DNA of 64,000 nt from Acidobacteriota bacterium (GTDB taxonomy: Bacteria; Acidobacteriota; UBA890; WLXD01): the NCBI GenBank assembly GCA_963666215.2, contig CAXWPL010000001.1, positions 416,001 through 480,000 of the forward strand. Reading direction: 5' to 3'. The number at the start of each line of letters is the position of its first letter. Within the stretch, counting starts at the first letter, position 1. Below, one piece after another: positions 60,768 to 64,000 of the stretch. The notes beneath the pieces were generated by a model. That model saw only the letters and a program-made list of their open reading frames with translations. It made no database searches and had not been told where the DNA came from. The translations under genes and the position numbers were made by a program.

Positions 60768-62150
60768 ATGAAGACTTCGCTCTATCGGCCACGGATGCCC
60801 CGCCCTCCAGCCACGGCCGCCTTGCTGCGCGCGATCATGGCCGGCCTCCTGCTCGTTCCGGCGTCTCCTGCCAACGCCCAACAGGCGCAGGTTCCGGCCG
60901 AACCGATGAGCTACCTCGGCGGCCAGTGGCTCGAGCGTGACGACCGTGATCGCCAAGAACGCTCCGATCGGGTACTCGCTCACCTCGAGTTGGCGCCCGG
61001 CATGAGGGTGGCCGACCTCGGCACCGGCACGGGCTTCTACGCCCGCAGGTTCGCCGCGAAGGTAGGCGCCGACGGCGTCGTCTACGGCATCGACATCCAG
61101 CCCGAGATGCTGGCGCTGCTGGAGCAAAAGACGGCGGAGGAGGGCGTGAAGGGCATCGTGCCAGTGCTGTCGACGCCGAACGACCCCAAGATACCTGGTC
61201 CAGTGGACCTGGTGTTTCTCGCCGATGTCTACCACGAGATCGCCGAGCCGTTGCCCGTGCAGCAACACGTGCGCGAGGCCCTCGAATACGGTGGACGGGT
61301 TGTCTTGCTCGAGTACCGGGCCGAGGACGAAACCGGTGACGGCATCAAGCCAGACCACCGTATGTCGGTCCGCCAGGTGGTGCAGGAGTGGGGCCGGGCG
61401 GGATTTCGGCTCGTGGAACTGCACACCGACCTACCGAGCCAGCACATGATCGTGCTGGCACAGGATGATGACCCCGCGTTCGCCGAGGGTGGCGTGCAGC
61501 ACCATGACCTCCTCGAAGCGCGGGCGGCCGGTCGCGTCGGCCTCGAGATCTCGGGCGATTCGGAGACAGAGGTGCGTCTGCGCGTGCGCAACCTGACGCG
61601 GGATCGCCTCGTGCTCACTGCCGCGGCCGGCACCAGGTTCGTGGGCGGCCCCGGCACCACACAGACGGAGATGCTGGCGCGCCGTGATCTACTCGTGGTC
61701 GTGCGCGAGGGCCGCTCGGAGGAGATCGACGTGGCCGTGATACCTCGACGCTGGGATCGCAAGACACCCGGCGGCCGCGACTCTCTCGAGATCCGCGCCG
61801 TCGGAGCCGACGACCCCGAGGCGCGCCTCATGGCAGCCGTGCAGGGTGGAATGTTCAAGCCATCCCCGACTGTCCCGCGTGCTTATGCCCCGCAGACGCC
61901 GGAAGTGGAACGAGCGGCGGTCTGGATGGTGCTCGAGGACGCGGCGTGGGCCAATGTCCGCGATGACCTCGGCGTGCGAGGCCTCCCCGCCGAATATGCC
62001 GCCGCCTTCGGCCTCGCGCTGGCGTCGGAGGGCGGCCTGGACGTGACCTCGAGGCCGGTGTGGCTCTCGCGCGCCGAGATCTTCCCCGGGCTGCAGAGCG
62101 AGGAACTGCGGCGGTGGGCACTGGGCTGGATGATCAGGCGCCGACCGTAG
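60768..62150 (+). CDS. Exported class I SAM methyltransferase-like protein with a C-terminal extension
   Basis: Signal peptide; WLER..R..ER, VADLGTGTG, IDIQPEML, DVYHE, EYRAED, LPSQH. Confidence 0.8.
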   Translation: MKTSLYRPRMPRPPATAALLRAIMAGLLLVPASPANAQQAQVPAEPMSYLGGQWLERDDRDRQERSDRVLAHLELAPGMRVADLGTGTGFYARRFAAKVGADGVVYGIDIQPEMLALLEQKTAEEGVKGIVPVLSTPNDPKIPGPVDLVFLADVYHEIAEPLPVQQHVREALEYGGRVVLLEYRAEDETGDGIKPDHRMSVRQVVQEWGRAGFRLVELHTDLPSQHMIVLAQDDDPAFAEGGVQHHDLLEARAAGRVGLEISGDSETEVRLRVRNLTRDRLVLTAAAGTRFVGGPGTTQTEMLARRDLLVVVREGRSEEIDVAVIPRRWDRKTPGGRDSLEIRAVGADDPEARLMAAVQGGMFKPSPTVPRAYAPQTPEVERAAVWMVLEDAAWANVRDDLGVRGLPAEYAAAFGLALASEGGLDVTSRPVWLSRAEIFPGLQSEELRRWALGWMIRRRP

Positions 62151-62302
62151 CGGTCGCGAGGATTCCCGCGGCTACAGCAGCACTTTGGCCAAATCGGACA
62201 GACAAACGTCGGCCTCGAGCCGCACGGGCTAGGGCACACGACAGGGCACGCATCGACTCGACGCCTGGGTCGCTTCCACCGGCTCAGCTGAGAGGCGGCA
62301 GG

Positions 62303-64000
62303 TTACCGCTGCTCGGGGTCGTCGAGCGTGATCAGCCACAGGCCCGAGCTGACGATGCTGCGGGTGTAGAGCAACCATTTTCCGTCGGGGCTGACGGCGG
62401 GTTCGTCGATGTAGAGGCCCGACTCCGGGAAGAACGTCACCTGGGTGAGCTCGCCGCCCTCGCGCGGTACGCGGTAGATGTTCTTGTGGTCGGGCTGAAC
62501 GTAGATCCACCGGCCCGACGGATCGTAGGACGGGTGCAGGATGCGGCCGGGTCCGAAGGTGAGTTGCTCTTCCGTCCGGTCGCCACCTCGGCTTGCCACA
62601 CCTGGAAGCCGCCGTCGGCGCTCGAGCCGTACGCCAGCCAGCGGCCGTCGGGCGACCACTCGAGATCGAATCGATCCCCGGGACCGTTGGTGAGCTGACG
62701 ACGCTCGCCGGTCTCGACATCGGCAACGAAGAGCTGTTGGCTGCCGTCGTCGATGATGTCAGGGAAAGCAAGCCAGCGACCGTCGGGGGAGTACTTGGGG
62801 GCGTCGATATTGATCGAATTGCTCAGGTCCAGGAGCTTGCGGGCGTCGCTGCCATCGGATGCCACGTCCCAGACCGTGATCGTATCGTCGATATACCGGA
62901 GTACCGTGAGCCGCTGCCCGTCGGGATGCCACGCGGGCGAGCGATTTTGGCTTCCGGGGATCTGCAGGGTGGTGTGGGTCATGGTCTCGAGGTCGAAGAT
63001 CGCGATGGTGTCGACACTGCCGAAGGTGCTCTCGTAGGCAATGTAGCGACCATCCGCCGAGTACTCGGGCAACCGGTCCATGACCTGCCCGCTGGTGAGC
63101 GCTTGCTCTGTGCTCCTGAGCGCTCCACGCTCCGGATCGAGGGCGATGCGTCGCAGATTCGCGGATGTCTGCAACTGCAGCGCCATCAGCTGGCCGCCCA
63201 CCGGTGAGGTGACCCGATCCCCGAACACACCGGTGAGGAAACCGAAGCGCCGATCGGACTCCGGCCGCACCGTGCCTTCGTTGAAGTCCACGACGCGCAG
63301 TTCGATCGCGCCGAGGGGGTCGGGTCGCAGGTAGTAAATCGAGTGCCCGTCGACGCTCCACGAATGGCTCGACGCGGCGATCAGCTCCTGAACCGCCCCT
63401 CCCGCAGAAGGCATCACGCGCAGGCGGTTGTCGTGCGTCTCGAGGGTCAGCCAGCGCCCGTCGGGGGAGTGCTTCACGCGCACGATCTCTCCCGGCGAGT
63501 CGGCGGACGCGAGCAGCAGCTCGGGCTCACCCTGCTGCACCGGCACGCGCCAGACCTCGCGCCGCAGTTCGGCGCCGCTGATGTAGGCGATGGACTCGCC
63601 GTCCGGGTGCCAGTCGGGGTAGTTGCCGTTCTCCGCCAGCCGCCGGGCCTGCCCGCCGAGCGACGAGGTGACCCACACGTCGCCGCCGTAGGTGCGGTAG
63701 TCGTAGCTCAGGTTGTCGGAAATGCTCGACAGCCCCCGCGTGCTCGCGCGGGTCGATACGAACGCCACGCGGTTGCCGTCGGGTGACACGGCCGGCTGCA
63801 CGTCGTCGGCCGGGTTCTGGGTGACGTTGATGCTCTCGGTGCCCTCGGCGCGACGGTTGTAAATGTCGAAGTTACCGTTCTCGTTCGAGGAGTACGCGAA
63901 GAACGATCCGTCGGGCGCCATCGAGGGATCGGCGATGATCGAATTGCTCTGCGAGAGTCGTTCGAGCCAGTCAACGCGCAGGTCCGTTGCTGGCGGCGTT
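62303..64000 (-). pseudogene. TolB/PD40 repeat protein (probably the tail of another kinase fusion), frameshifted near 62585, 5' end outside the window
   Basis: Many SPDG/HPDG repeats in ORFs 62437-63921 and 62303-62659. Confidence 0.75.

Noticed and set aside
1-64000. CRISPR array, tRNA or rRNA
   Set aside because: No regularly spaced repeats or recognisable structural RNA genes seen by eye

Overview
High-GC bacterial DNA, most likely Acidobacteriota (inferred from the PadR + ADOP duplicated-permease pair, several Ser/Thr kinase-TolB/PD40 fusions and many signal-peptide-bearing PQQ, amidohydrolase, NHL and M24 enzymes). No rRNA, tRNA or CRISPR array was recognised. Metabolic loci include a sarcosine-oxidase-like operon in D-A-G-B order with a FadR regulator, an oxalate-CoA ligase/PanE2-like pair, and an Nramp/acyl-CoA ligase/PaaI/Zn-dehydrogenase operon. 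There are at least four toxin-antitoxin-like pairs, IS3 and IS256 elements and an unannotated ~195-bp MITE-like element. About 15 gene heads, tails or internally deleted genes abut one another, pointing to deletion-driven erosion or assembly chimerism. The best candidate for an undescribed system is 57889-60216: an XRE-ImmA/IrrE fusion whose HExxH motif reads HAYAH, with a palindrome in its promoter, followed by an unannotated 33-aa Cys-Cys peptide ORF that overlaps (ATGA) a PF10014-type Fe/2OG dioxygenase. All family calls are from motif recognition by eye; no searches were run.
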